This document shows positions 1-12,145 of a stretch of 64,000 bases of DNA, in pieces. The DNA is from Massalongia carnosa (taxonomy: Eukaryota). Below the pieces are notes generated by a model. The model was given only the letters and a program-made list of their open reading frames with translations. It did not search any database and was not told where the DNA came from. How positions within the stretch are numbered: position 1 is the stretch's first letter; each line of letters begins with the position of its first letter. A program made the translations under genes and the position numbers. Where the stretch lies: positions 62,001 through 126,000 of the forward strand of contig OZ287082.1 in assembly GCA_965645245.1 (NCBI GenBank). Direction: 5' to 3'.

Positions 1-745
1 TGGAACAGCGGGGGCGATGCTGATTTCGGGAACCGGGTAAACAAGTTCAGGGTGGAGGCGACCGAGCATGCTTCGTCGTTTGTTGCTGCGATGTAAATTT
101 TTCTATCTCTTCGAAAAGGGTCCGTTTTCGATGATGGTAAGGAGAGAATCATTCGATCTTCTCCCTAGGTCCACGGATTTCCTGGTTAAATTCCATGAAT
201 CGAAGCTGGGGTCTTGCATGTCTCCTTGTTTGTAAGTAAATTCTCCCGCTCTTAAGAAGGCGGCGAATGCGATGCTATATGCCGCATGGAGTGTTGCTTG
301 GACCTCGTTAGTAGTGTCTAATTTTCGTAGCAATTTTATCAGAACGTCGCGTGTGATTGGTAGTCTTTCTCGTTTTTGGGGTTTACCGTGCATCCGTTTT
401 ATTCCTGCTATTATCCTTTCTAGGACTGGCTGATGGAAAACCTCCAGGTCCCCTAGGCCCATGTCCAATTGCTTGATCGCACCCCAGCTAGATAGTTTTT
501 GATAGTTTTGGGACGGAGTCCCCGTTGGCCTAGAGCGGCTATCCACGCCGAAAGACTTCGAATTATTGCTGGAAAGGGGAAAATTCGTCGCTAGCTGACA
601 GTGGGTCGTGTAGCTTTTTCGGGCTGCATCGTATAGTCCTCGAGTCCTAATTGCTATGCCCCACCATAGATATCTGGCTGCCCGACGATCCAGCGGGACC
701 TCATTGTACCATGTTTCTGGAGGGTCGCGGGAGTGTGTCGCCGTT
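1..745 (-). pseudogene. Tyrosine recombinase (YR) ORF of the Ngaro/DIRS element, frameshifted
   Basis: ORF 103-546 contains RERLPITRDVL and AFAAFLRAGEFTY (catalytic Arg box of DIRS/Ngaro YR); N-terminal fragment YLWWGIAIRTRGLYDAARKSY at ~610-680. Confidence 0.85.
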
Positions 746-3017
746 ATTTGTCCGATGAAATGCTCTGCAGTTTGGGGTAATTGTCAGTGATTTTCCTAAA
801 TAGTACTGGGGACAACCGATCTGCTAAGAAGTTTTCTTTGGTCGACAGCCAGTGTGGCTCGATTTCAATGTCATTTCCAGCCGCCATCATGGCGATATTC
901 CGAAGAGGGTGCATGGCCCCTCGTCGAATGGAGGTCTTTATGATCCCGGACATTACAGCGAAGCTGTCGCAATAGAGAAGAAGATGGGCTCCCTTGCACA
1001 GGGTGAGCCACCGCCGTATGGCGTGCAGGATCGCTGTCATCTCCTTCTCATTGATATGTTTGGCTCTGAGCCTAGTGGTGTATCGTTCAGACATTACTTG
1101 CTCAGCGGGCAGTGTGTGTGTGGTCTGTCCACCTAAGAGTATGTATGCCCCGATTCCGAAGTCCCCGCTGGCATCCGTCCAGAGACGGAGCAGGGGTCTC
1201 GAAGGGCTGATGATGCATATGCCGTTCCATAATGGAAGGAAGTGATGCCATCATAAAAGATCAGCTTTTATGTGGGAATTGACATGAATAAATGGGCGCG
1301 CGGGCCCGATTTTGCAGTTGAAAAGGCGCCGGAGAAAGGTTCTCGGGCACTACTACTTTGGCTGCAAAGGGGTGGTATAACGTTCAGAAACCACTTGCTC
1401 AGCGGGCAGTGTGTGTGGTCTGACCACCTTGAAGTATGTATGCCCCGATTCCGAAGTCCCCACTGGCATCCGTCCAGAGACGGAGCAGGGGTCTCGAAGG
1501 GCAAATAATGTATATGCCGTTCCATAATGGAAGGAAACGATGCCACCATAAAAGATCAGCTTTTATGTGAGAATTGTTATGCATAAATGGGCGCGCGGGC
1601 CCGATTTTGCAGTTGAAAATGCGTCGGAGAAAAGTTTTTTCCGGCACCACCATTTTGGCTGCAAAGCCCAGAAATCGCAGCAAGAGTGTCTAGCTTGTTT
1701 CTGGTTATCGTGGATTTATTCAATGTTGTTTGGACGAGATCCTTAGCTTTCTGAAGCTTTTTGGCCGGTATTCGTGCCTGCATGAGGTGTGTGTCCAGCT
1801 CGATGCCCAGGAATTCGACTACCGTGCCTTGTTTATTTTTCTTATCGTTGATTTTAGGCCGAAGGTCTGAACAATTAATCATCATCCAGTTCAGACCTTT
1901 CGCGAATATGTCAAACAAGAAGGGAGACGTCCTGAGGCCGAATGGAAGAAAGCGTTCCATCCAGTAAACCCCGTTCCAACAAAAACCCAGCAACCACCAA
2001 TCGCTTTGCGCCACTGGAACGTGGCGAAAGGCATCGGATGGATCTCGTTTGATCAGTAGGCAGTCCTTGCCCATTCTTCTGACGCCGGCGAGGGCTTCGT
2101 CGAAAGTGATATATTCCAGAGCGCCTCATTCTTCGGGAATGAAGTCGTTCACCGAATTACCCTCGGGGTGGGAGAGGTGATGAATACGGCGCCATCCTCC
2201 GTTTACTTTGGGGACCAGGCATAAAGGGGAGCATATATATCTGGCTGGTAGGGTGGGTACCTCGATCAATCGGTTCTTGGCCCTCTGGTCCTCTACGTCC
2301 ATGGTCAGAATTTCTGGGGCCGCGTTGGCCGAGGCCAGGTTGTTGCTTAGAATGAACTGAATTAGGCCGGTGTAATCAATTTTGGCCCCGTACATGATTA
2401 TATCGTGAAAGTAATTCGGCTAAGGCGAAAGGTAATGCCGGGACCGAGTGGAAGCAGGCCGCGAAACAGCCGACGAAGGCTGAAGGCCGTGGATACTCGA
2501 AGGACCGAGTGGAGGTAGGCCGCGAACAGCCAACAAAGGCCGAAGGACAAAGGAGGATGATGTCCAAAATAGTTGGACAAACAAGGGAGAGAAAGGGTAT
2601 AAATAGGTGGCCTTTTGGCACTCTTCTCCTCATCATCACCATTGATTCGGAGTTCAGCACCAAAAGGTCTTTTGCCCACCCACCCACTCCCTGAATCAGC
2701 CGCATAGGTAGATGAAGTTTTTCCCCTCACTGCTGCCAAAACAAAGCCAATATAGGAGGGGCCCTCAGCAAAACTGAGCGCCAGCAGGGCAGCAGCGAGG
2801 GGAGAGTTGCCCAAACATAGATAGAAATTATGTATATGTTCAGCTGACACGATGGAGCCCACGAATTACTGATCTGTTTGTATTTTTTTTTTTTCTGATG
2901 ACCCATGAGGTGAAGTTCCCAGCCTTCTTTTCTTAGAGGCCCTGAGGGTACGATTGCTGATTTATCTATCAGCGGATAGGGGAACCCTTCGGCGATATGA
3001 TCAAATGGGCCGGCTAG
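744..3017 (-). pseudogene. RT/RNase H ORF of the Ngaro/DIRS element, fragmented
   Basis: Fragments ICSPLCLVPKVNGGWRRIHHLSHP, DAFRHVPV, LPFGLRTSP, VEFLGIELDT, WTDASGDFGIGA, HINEKEMTAIL, ENFLADRLS. Confidence 0.85.
1073..1666. repeat. ~297-bp tandem duplication of the RT/RNase H junction
   Basis: cttgctcagcgggcagtgtgtgt...ttggctgcaaag occurs at ~1097-1368 and ~1394-1666 with scattered differences. Confidence 0.9.
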
Positions 3018-3725
3018 TCAATCTCGTCTACCCGTTGACATGAAATTTGGGTTGCTGATATGTGCCTTGAGGCAGTTGTTTTTCGTGTGATGGCCGAAAC
3101 AGAGACTGCAGACGTGAGGATACCTGCAGTCCTTGTATTCCCGCCCTGCGTTGTATCGATTGCAGAACATGGGCTTTGATTCAGTGGAGCCGCCTACCGG
3201 GAGTGATCCCGGGTGTCTCAGGTGTAGGTGGTGTAATGTAACAACAAGCGGTCCTGATAGATTTGAAAGGCCCTACAAAGACCGTCTTTTATTCCGGATG
3301 ATGCCAAATGAAGCAAGACCTGCAAATATACCCCGAGGTAGCGAATCAGGTGGGGTAGTCCCTTGATCTCTCCGTCGGGGACTGTGTTTCCTTCCCTTAT
3401 GCGCTGAATGGCCGCCAAGTTGTCGGCGATTTGTTTTTTGAATGTGACGGGTTTCCTCCTGCCTCAGGACTGTCGCCGTGGCCTCCTGCTGAGCCCTGAG
3501 ATCCAACAGCAGATCCGGGATTGATTCCGATGTTCGATGAACGTCTATCACATCGTCCCGAAGTGTTACCTCCGAACCCTGAGTGTTCGAAGGAGGCTGT
3601 GTTTCTGAAACTACGACCCCTCTTCTAGGGGATCGGGTGGAACGAGTGAAACGTTGACCGGGCCCGGAGGTGTTTTCGAAGTGAACGAAGGGCTTGATGA
3701 TTCTTTGAGGGCGATGGAAATGCAT
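3018..3725 (-). pseudogene. gag-like ORF of the Ngaro/DIRS element
   Basis: Minus strand 3170-3018 reads MFCNRYNAGREYKDCRYPHVCSLCFGHHTKNNC, a zinc-finger tail typical of YR-retroelement gag; frameshifted upstream; start uncertain. Confidence 0.7.
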
Positions 3726-4605
3726 GATGGGCTCAGTTTGGAGGGTAATATAGAATGAGAGGTGGAGGTGATTTGGAATGATGGGATTGGGGGTGAGTAA
3801 TTGATAGATGTTTTTAATTCGGGAAAGACTTTCAAAAGACTTTTTGGTGCTGAACTCCGAATCAATGGTGATGATGAGGAGAAGAGTGCCAAAAGGCCAC
3901 CTATTTATGCTTTTTTCTCCCGTCCAACATCCGACCTTCGGCCCTTTGATTACAGGAGGCTTAGTGGCAGACTGAAGGCTTTGAAAGGTGATTATATTAA
4001 TGCTATCTAGAAGGAAGGAAGTTCGAGGGGGTCCTCCCGAGGACCTTATTGACCAGATTGTTTGCTATAGCAAACACCTCCTTAACCACCTTACCGCATT
4101 AGGATTCAGGGGGCCGGCCTATTATAAGGCCGGCCTCCGATACGGCTAGGTGGACCGTCGCTATTGTCAATCCAAAGCGGCCTTCGTCGGCTATCCGCGG
4201 CTTGCCTCCACTCGGTCCCGGCATTACCTTTCGCCCGAGCCGAATTACTCTTTTTGACGAGCGAGATCAACGTGTTGTCTGCGACTCGCAAAGAGAATCA
4301 CGCCTGAGACGACGACGAAGCTAGACATGTAAAGATGATTATGGAATGATTCACAACTACATCGAGCACTTCCGAGAAATATCCCGATTCTCGGCGCCGT
4401 CATCTTCAATCCTCCCTCTCAACGCTTCGGCTTTTTCTCTCATCAGGTCTCTCGATAAGTCTGAGACGCGATGTCGGACGAAAAGATATTCGAAGAGGGC
4501 GATATTTCTGACTTTTCATTAAAGGACCATCATAGATAAGAGAAAGGGAATTGAATTTTTGCTTTGTTAACCAAAAGTCGAGAGGAGGAAAGAAAACGTG
4601 ACATT

Positions 4606-6955
4606 TTATTTCCAAAAGATATCTTTGGCGGTGTTGGAATCCGCCGGTCTCGACATTTCCGCCCCTTTCTTCCACTGAACATCTATCCGCTGATCCCTGG
4701 ATAGTTTGCGGCCGTCGCACCACACTTCGAATAAAATATCTGCCACTTCAATGTTAACCTTGACTTCATACTTGGCGATGTAGTATGCTTCGCCCCACGG
4801 GTTGTACCACGGGGCAACTTTTTCAAAGTTCTTGAGTTTCAAATGCGATGTGTCGGAGACGATTTTGCAGAGAGTCATGGCTTCTATAGGGGGCGGATTA
4901 GCTCGCTATTTTACTTTGACTAGAGAAGAAGTCTTGTTACCGTCATCCAAAGCATTCGGGAGATGCTGAGGGTCTTTCCAGCAAATCACCACAGTGCTTT
5001 CCCAATGGCTCTTTTTCAAGTTCGAGGAGGGGTCTATTTTACGCATGAAGTGATAGGTGATAGGTTTATCCTCGGACACAGAATCTCCCTAAGCCTAGTT
5101 AGTCGATCCTGTAGCTACGTGGTTTCCGGAGCCGTCACCTTTTTCACAAACCAATGAATGAGATTTATTGCATACTGTTTTCCATCATGCTCGTCTGTCT
5201 CAATTTTCAAACTAATGTGTTTGTCTTTATCGTATTGGTGTTTGCAGAGTACGCCGTAACTTGCCGGGCTCGTCCGACTCTGCAGTGTTGCATGTCCAGT
5301 CACACGCTGCTGCGATTGATTTAATACAAGGCCTTGAACAACTGCAGTTTGTCTAAGATGAATGTCAGGTGTGACCTGATGTAATATCGAAATGGACATT
5401 GCGCGTACGGATCTTCAGCTGTAATGACCTTCATATTCTTGGCATTAGAGTACATAGCTGTTCTACTCAAGTACCGCTCGACAATTTTTTTCTTGATGTA
5501 CACCGAGCTGCCAAGCCCACCGGAGAGAGCCAGATATTTCTAGGATGAATGGAATTAGAGGTTTCTGGTAAGGTTGGGACCCTCTATTACTTACTACGTC
5601 TTTAGTGGGCCTGTTTAATTTGAGATAACTCAGCTGATCATCCAAGATGGAGTATATTTCCTCCAACTGAGCGTCAAACATGGCACACATGTCCTGACTG
5701 TATGGAACGTGAGCGGCTATTCTCTTTGCGATTTTTAGCTTGAATATTACCGGGTGAACAACATATGTTTCTTCTCGACAGAGGCTTCAGGCAGGTTGCG
5801 TGCGGTAGAAAAATCTGGAATCTTGATCCTGAATTTCTCATGGGTCCCCTCAATGGTGCCAAATGCACATTTATAATACTGGAAATCGCCTTGGGCCATC
5901 TCCCAAGCTGTTCGATGGGCCCACTCTGGATCATCCTCGGAAAGGGAAGGAATTAATTCATTGGCTTTTTCGAGGCGTCCTTTTACAAGTTGGACGAAAG
6001 CCCAATCAATTTTCACAGAGCCAACGGACTTGCCTAGCACCCGAATCAGAGAGGGGAGGTTTTAAAAAGCAATCAAACACAGATTCCGTACCGAAATCGG
6101 GGCCGAACTGCTTCAACTGAGGGCTACCATGAGAGTTCTCCACTGCTTCGAGCAGGGCGGAATCCTAGAATTTTTGAGAATTGTTGAAACCCAACGAAGA
6201 TCCAAAGCGTTCTTACTGTAGTGCCTCCTCCAGCATCACATATCAGAATCATATCTTTGTGCTAACGGAGGTCAGTTAGGTCACAGGCGAGCGATGCTAT
6301 ATGACAAACCTTGATCGTACTAGCTTTTGACTTGAGTGTGTGAATCGCAGCAGCTTCAGCCTCTGTTAGGCCGATGAAAAAATTATGTCGCTTTCCTCCC
6401 GATTTGAAGCCGGCATTCTTGATGCACTCTTTGTACGTTTTAAAAACATTTTGAGTTTTCCAAGTGGTTGGAACACTAAACACAAAATCCACCTTGGCCT
6501 GCCATTCCTTTGCGTACGGACCTTGAGAGAAAGTAACTTTAATATGCTGATACAGTCTCTCAAGGAAATCCGTAAACCATTGCTTGACATCATCATGTGA
6601 AGGACCATTAGTTCCAACGAAAACATCTTGCAGGTGTGATTTATCAAGCCAGAGCTTGAAATACTGCTGACGTTTCGGGTTAGGATGCTCCGGTAGGTCT
6701 AGCCGATCGCAAAGAAAACCCCAGGACTTTAGGTTCTTGTCATGATAGATGAGAGATGTGGGGACTTTGTTCTCGGTCTTGTCTTCCTTTCCAGGCCAAT
6801 GCTGAAGCAGTTTGACCCGTTCCCGGTCGGTCTTCCCCGGGACGAAATATCCGACCCCTTGAGATGTGTGAGTTGTTTTGGTATACACGCGCAAGATCAA
6901 ACATACCAGTAAAGGTCATGCCAAGGTCAATGCCGATGATTAAATCTGCGTTCAT
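4606..6955 (-). CDS. Hsp70-like (HSPA12-type, actin-like ATPase fold) protein; multi-exon, apparently intact
   Basis: Spliced by eye across ~8 short GT-AG introns: IIGIDLGMTFTG, FSVPTTW, LTEAEAAAI, ILICDAGGGTT, GSVKIDWAF, YLALSGGLGSSVY, AVVQGLV; stop at 4606. Confidence 0.9.
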
Positions 6956-7653
6956 CTTGGCCTGTGAGAGACTTGATCCAGTTCAGCAAAAGATTGCGCA
7001 ATGCATTGCAGAAGAACCACGAATTTCTTTGTAGAAAGCCGACGCTCTTTTTTAAGAGCAGTTCGAGCTTATGATGGGACATTTTGAGATCAGGCTGAGA
7101 CGATCTGTGGCACTGCGGCTGTTGATTGATCAATAAAGCAGCGGGCTGTACAGAGGAAGTCACGCAAAGTCTTTGATTTGCGCTAATACAATGCACATGC
7201 ATGCATACACATACAATGATACCGCTCAAGACGCAGAACACCTGTTCTCTGGGCTACGTGAGGTCTATCTCTCGGTTATATTTAGGTGTCTTATCACCCG
7301 GGCATTAATGCGGTATTGTATTGAGCCTAATCGTATCAGCCGCACATACATAACTAGTAAATCAAGGTAGATTTGCACCCCCCTTTCAGACTAACCATAC
7401 AGGGCTTAATATAGGCTTTAGAGTTACCAACAATAGATTTATCAAGCCCGATCTAGTTAGTCTGAAAGTGGGGTGCCAGTTCACTAGCGAAAGGGGAGAG
7501 CGTTCAGCTGATGCACGGAGTGTCAGCCTTTTAGTGGTGGTGTCATGAATCCATAGCCTCATGACACAAGTGTGGGCATGCTGACATGCTAAGGATCAGA
7601 ACTTGAACATACTCGCTCGGTGATATTGAACGTCGCTGCAAAGATATCCTGAA

Positions 7654-8951
7654 ATGTCTTCGTATGTTCAGAACCCGCCGGATCCCCGTAATTTGAATAT
7701 AAATATTGGCAGTAATGAGCTTGACAGTCAGCAAGCCCGGACGACGACAAGTTCCTACCATGCGACTGATTTGGTAACAAGACCAATCCTCCAGGCAGAA
7801 TACCCTCCCCGTACCCGTGACCGCGACCGCGATAGATCGGTTCGCAAGGAAAAAAGGAGCTCGGCATCGGCCAGGAATAGTACTGGTAATATAAGGAATG
7901 CGCGACTCGATCGAACTCCTTCCATCCCCGTCCATAACACCGTCTCAGAAGGGTCCAGATTCCAGATCTTAGGATTCAGGGTACCATGGTCCTCAACTCC
8001 AGCACCCATGAACAAAGCCCCAGAGGCGCCACCAAAGTACCTTCACAGCAATGCAATCGATCTGGAGGATTACTTTCTTCAGCCAGTCGAAGACTCATGG
8101 TTCCACAACAGCGTGGAAGGGCTGAAACATTCTATCGATTCTCATGTCTATAATCACTATGGCGGTATCGCAAATCCTCCTTCGGAAGATGTCATAATTG
8201 GGATCCTCAAGCTTGACCATGGCGACTGGCACGCTCCCATTTCACTCCCCTCCGAAGAATCTTTTCGCTTGGCCGCAATCCGCCTCTCCATTACCCGCTT
8301 CATGCTCGAGAGAATCGCATTTGATGGGGACCCGGAGAAAACATTTTTACCACCTGATGTCGTGTCGCTGCTTGGAATGGCTTCGTCTCATCATACGGAG
8401 AAATGTGAGTTCCGAACAGGCGAAATCAGGTGAAATATGAGATCTAACTCGTGTCAGTCCGATTCGCAGCATCCGCTTTGCTACGTAGAACGGCGGCGAA
8501 TTTGCTACGGTTGAGTCAAAGGGGAGAAAGCGAGCACGCGACAAGAGAGCAAGAATCCCAGGTTGGACGTGCAGTCGATGATTTGCATGACCAATTAACG
8601 AGTTTAGCGAGCTTAGAGTCGAACGAGTCTTCACGGAAACTTCAATTAGAGGCTATCATGAAAAAAGGTGCACAAATTGGGGTTCTCCTGTTGTTACAGC
8701 CAGCAACCTACGAGTTTGATTGGTTCATGCCGCTAGAGCGCTCCTCCACCAAACATAGCGCCAGTGAACAGACAAGTCGACGAGTCAAAAAAGATCGGCG
8801 AATTATGACCTTTCCAGCCTTACTGAGAACTGGGGACCCTACAGGTCGGCAATTGCGAAAGCCGGAGGTTCTATGTAAGCCTGACTACGCGGAGGAAGAA
8901 TATGCAACGGAAAGCAGTAAGGGCGGAGACCTGGTTCGGGGCGCTCCGTGA
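7654..8951 (+). CDS. Uncharacterised fungal protein (~414 aa, two exons), divergently paired with the Hsp70-like gene
   Basis: Exon 1 7654-8404; intron 8405-8457 (GTGAGT...CTAAC...CAG) joins in frame to ORF 8451-8951; C-terminal motif LLQPATYEFDW...FPALLRTGDPTG...VLCKP. Confidence 0.8.
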
Positions 8952-9011
8952 TTGCACGTATTGTATCTCGGAAAGTAGGAATGTTCAATGACCTTTAGTC
9001 AATCAATTCTT

Positions 9012-9863
9012 TCACCTGCTATATTGCTGCATCTGTTCATACAACTCCCGCTCTGGATGTAGCCGCCCTCCTACTATCCTACGCTTAGAGTTGGGAAGCC
9101 GCTGCATCTCTTCATATAACATACGTTCTGAATGCAGTTCGATTGGTGTAGGAGCCCCTGCTTTGAAAAGCTCATTGGTGTGTTCCGCGGTATCCGAGGG
9201 ATCTCCGGGTTGAGTAGGAGAGGTGGGAGGCTTCTCGTCGACTAATAAAGCGTCAACGGTTAGAGTCATACCTATGTCATGATACGATATACCATCTCCA
9301 TCCGAAACAGAGTCAGCTTCCTCATCGACCGGTGTGTTCTGAGTGCCTTCCTCCTCGAGAAGATTTTCCATGGCTAGGTGTACATTTCCATCACTCCAAG
9401 AACCCGTCCTATACGGAGGTGGCATTTGCGCTGGGATGGTCAGAGCAGCCATTCGGAGCATCCCGATTTGACCTTGTAGAGACTGTTGGCACGCACTGAG
9501 ACTGTGTTGATATGTTGTTACTGCAGCACTTCTCCGGAATACCCAGTCAACTCGATCGGCTATATTCACTGTCCCTCTTTTGGCCACATCCCGACGGGCG
9601 GGTTCCACTTGCTTTGCGATTCTCGTCACAGCCTGTTTGGTTTCTTCTATCACCCGATCAACGCGGTGCTTCTGTGCCTCGCTCAGATAAGAACTGTGTT
9701 GATGGCGTAGGTTCACGGCTTCGACAACGTCCATCGTAATCACCTTCAGCTGCTCAATAATGATGCCAGTGTCATCCCTGACGGATGCAAGCTGCGCGAT
9801 AAATCGTCCGGCTGTGACAGCAAACCCTGCGCCTGCTGTCAATATGCTGAAGGGATCAACCAT
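9012..9863 (-). CDS. Stand-alone protein with fungal NLR-type N-terminal helical domain (HeLo/SesA-like), no NTPase
   Basis: ATG at 9863 gives MVDPFSILTAGAGFAVTAGRF..., with ADRVDWVF later; probable in-frame 51-nt intron 9242-9292 (GTATAT...CTAAC...TAG on minus strand). Confidence 0.7.
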   Translation of the reverse strand: MVDPFSILTAGAGFAVTAGRFIAQLASVRDDTGIIIEQLKVITMDVVEAVNLRHQHSSYLSEAQKHRVDRVIEETKQAVTRIAKQVEPARRDVAKRGTVNIADRVDWVFRRSAAVTTYQHSLSACQQSLQGQIGMLRMAALTIPAQMPPPYRTGSWSDGNVHLAMENLLEEEGTQNTPVDEEADSVSDGDGISYHDIGMTLTVDALLVDEKPPTSPTQPGDPSDTAEHTNELFKAGAPTPIELHSERMLYEEMQRLPNSKRRIVGGRLHPERELYEQMQQYSR

Positions 9864-10041
9864 CGATATGAACAGTTGACAGCTAAATGTTGGCGTATTT
9901 TGCTTTAAAGGCTTTGAACGAGGCGACGGGTAAAGCCAGATGGGCTGAGGTGAGAGCACGGTTACAGTATTTGTATTTAGGTATCTGTATGTTACGGGTA
10001 TCTGTATCGTATTCACCCCTATTTGCAACACACCATTGCAT

Positions 10042-11164
10042 TAAAATTCGTTAACTCTCGGCCGACTCGAGCGAGGCGTTCGCCTCTAGTCGGGGAAAGC
10101 AAAATTCGGCGGAAAGCAAAGTTCGTCTTTTCACCTTTTGCACGCAAAAAATTAATCAAATAACGAGGGAATTTTTTTCTACAAAGATCAAGCAGGAAAA
10201 GTGTTATAATAGTAGTTATACTAATAAGAACCCAACTGCTCCTGAACATTATCCTCGTCGCTGTCCTCAACATCGTCGCCTACTTTCCCTTCTATTTCAA
10301 AGGCATAAAATATTGTACTTATTTTATTATTCCAATAAACTTAAGCAAATGAAGTCTTTTTGTATACGAATAGAATCATCTTCACCTATAAATCGTAGAT
10401 TTTGATCACCTACAGTATCCATGATAAAGGTAGTCTCTGTCTCTTCCTCTTCAACATTGAATATACGAGTATCTTTTACTCCTTTCTTCGTCTTTTTTGG
10501 TCTCTTCCGTCTGCCAAGTAACGTCGCTCGCCTTCCAAATGGCCTCAGGGTCATCAATAGGAGTCAACATTTCATCGGATATGCTAACTCCTTGTTTTGC
10601 GAGGTCTTTAACATGTTTGATTCTGATCTTTTCATTCTTTCGAGCGATAACACCTTCCGCGTGTACACTATCTCTTCTCATTCGCCATATTCTCATGAAG
10701 TTGTTGTGCTCTTGTTTCTTTTTTATCTGCTCATATTTTTGTTGTCTTTCAACAATTGCTCGTTGCGCATCCTCCTTCGTGAGTCCTAATCCTCCGTCTG
10801 TCGAATAATTAGGTCTTAATCGCTTGCGAGAAGTTGCTCTCTGCAGTAATTCATTGCTTCTTCGCTCATGATGAAGTGATAATTCGAATTTCGTGAGCGT
10901 CGATTTGGCAACAACTTCCTTCGTATTACTCACGAATTCCTCTAAATCTTGTTCACGGACTGGATCACTCCATTGTGTATTATCGCGAATTTTGGGTAGC
11001 CATTCAAGTAATCCTCTTTCAACATCATCTAACGTTTTCGGTTGAAGTTGTGGCAATGTTAGTAGAGATGATGTTGAAAAAGATGAAGAATTATTCTTAC
11101 TTTGCGAAGGTACAAACTTCTTTAGCTGTTCAGTGCATTTCTCCTTATTAATAGGCCACATTCC
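10042..11164 (-). mobile_element. 3' fragment of a pogo/Fot1-like DNA transposon
   Basis: ORF 10451-11161 (MWPI...WSDPVRE...SRKRLRP...GLTKEDA) is homologous to ORFs 48746-49800; terminus shares tagtcggggaaagc with the TIR at 48454; truncated by an LTR at 11165. Confidence 0.8.
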
Positions 11165-11448
11165 TGTAATACGGATGGCGACGCCACCTTGCCAGACAAC
11201 TCCGAATTAGTTCTTACTACGTTCTAGACTGCTTACAGATCAAACACCTGTCGAGGCTGCGGTGGTAGATTGCCATGGAGTGTAAGGCGAACTCCTGTGG
11301 ACACTAGCCGGGAACTCTATATGGAATCTACTGGCCTACTCGGAGCTACTCGATCTCTTGATAGATCAAGAGTTGTAGCGGGAGGCACGGCTAGCTAGAC
11401 GCAGCTTGAGCTCGGCCTCCCCTGTGTAAACTTCAGCTTCAACCTTTA

Positions 11449-11671
11449 TGTCAACCTTTCTGACCAATCACATGGATTCAGGAAGGATGAAAAGACTGTA
11501 TTCCACATCTAGCTACCTATATAGAAGGGAAAAGGGGTCATGGCGGCAACGATATCAACCCCGGCAAATTGAGGGGTAAAGCTGGGAAAGAAATGGCGTA
11601 GTCTTAGCGGCATCTGCCGCGACAGGGAGTCGAGGATCGGCGATGAGAATCGACCGCATTCAGGTTTGACA
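11449..11671 (-). mobile_element. Solo Copia LTR (family D) nested in LTR-A
   Basis: TGTCAA...TTGACA termini, TSD CTTTA on both sides; matches 20874-21103. Confidence 0.92.
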
Positions 11672-11940
11672 CTTTATTACTACGCTGGTAGTGAGGTCGC
11701 CTGAATGAACCCACATGACTAGACCTTGTGTCTAGAGGCAGGTCCGCAGTGCAGCGCGGGATTCAGTCGGAGGTAACCTTCCACCGCTATGTGGGTAGTG
11801 GTGACGGCGAAATGAAGCTACATAGCCTCGGCGTCTAGACTTTATGTTTAGACGCAGGCTAGCAATGTAGCGAGGGATCTAGCCGGAGGTAGAACTGTTC
11901 TACCTTGCAAGGGAAGATGTAGAAGGCTGCTCGAGGCTGA

Positions 11941-12087
11941 AATAAAGTATTAATATTTATGAAATCATAAGGGAAAATATCTTTAATTACTTCAGTATTA
12001 TATGTTTCACATAGCTTTTTAAGACTATGAGGTAATATGTTATAAGAATCAACTATCTTAATAGTATAAGTTTTAGTTCTTACTTTA
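11941..12087 (-). other. 147-bp fragment of a mitochondrial/linear-plasmid-type DNA polymerase B gene (NUMT-like insert)
   Basis: AT-rich block absent from the other LTR-A copies; translates KVRTKTYTIKIVDSYNILPHSLKKLCETYNTEVIKDIFPYDF, fitting the DSYxxLPxSLxxL...KxxFPYxF pattern of organellar protein-primed polB. Confidence 0.8.
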
Positions 12088-12145
12088 CTAGATGATCCAG
12101 CGAACTCCGGGTTCATGGATGGATCCTGAGGGATGGTTGGATGTA

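Larger units (their letters stand above)
1..4290 (-). mobile_element. Degenerate Ngaro/DIRS-type tyrosine-recombinase retrotransposon; 3' end lies outside the window
   Basis: Minus-strand order gag (zinc finger), RT, RNase H, tyrosine recombinase, all broken by stops and frameshifts; non-coding leader at ~3830-4290. The right boundary is approximate. Confidence 0.85.
11165..12145 (-). mobile_element. Truncated LTR family A copy, inverted relative to 24813-26169 and 45440-47400
   Basis: Starts TGTAAT; reverse-complement match to the other two copies; carries two nested inserts. Confidence 0.85.

Noticed and set aside
9864..10031. N-terminal extensions given by the ORF track (9864-10031, 56340-56477)
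   Set aside because: They begin at non-ATG codons; family-typical starts are at 9863 and 56339
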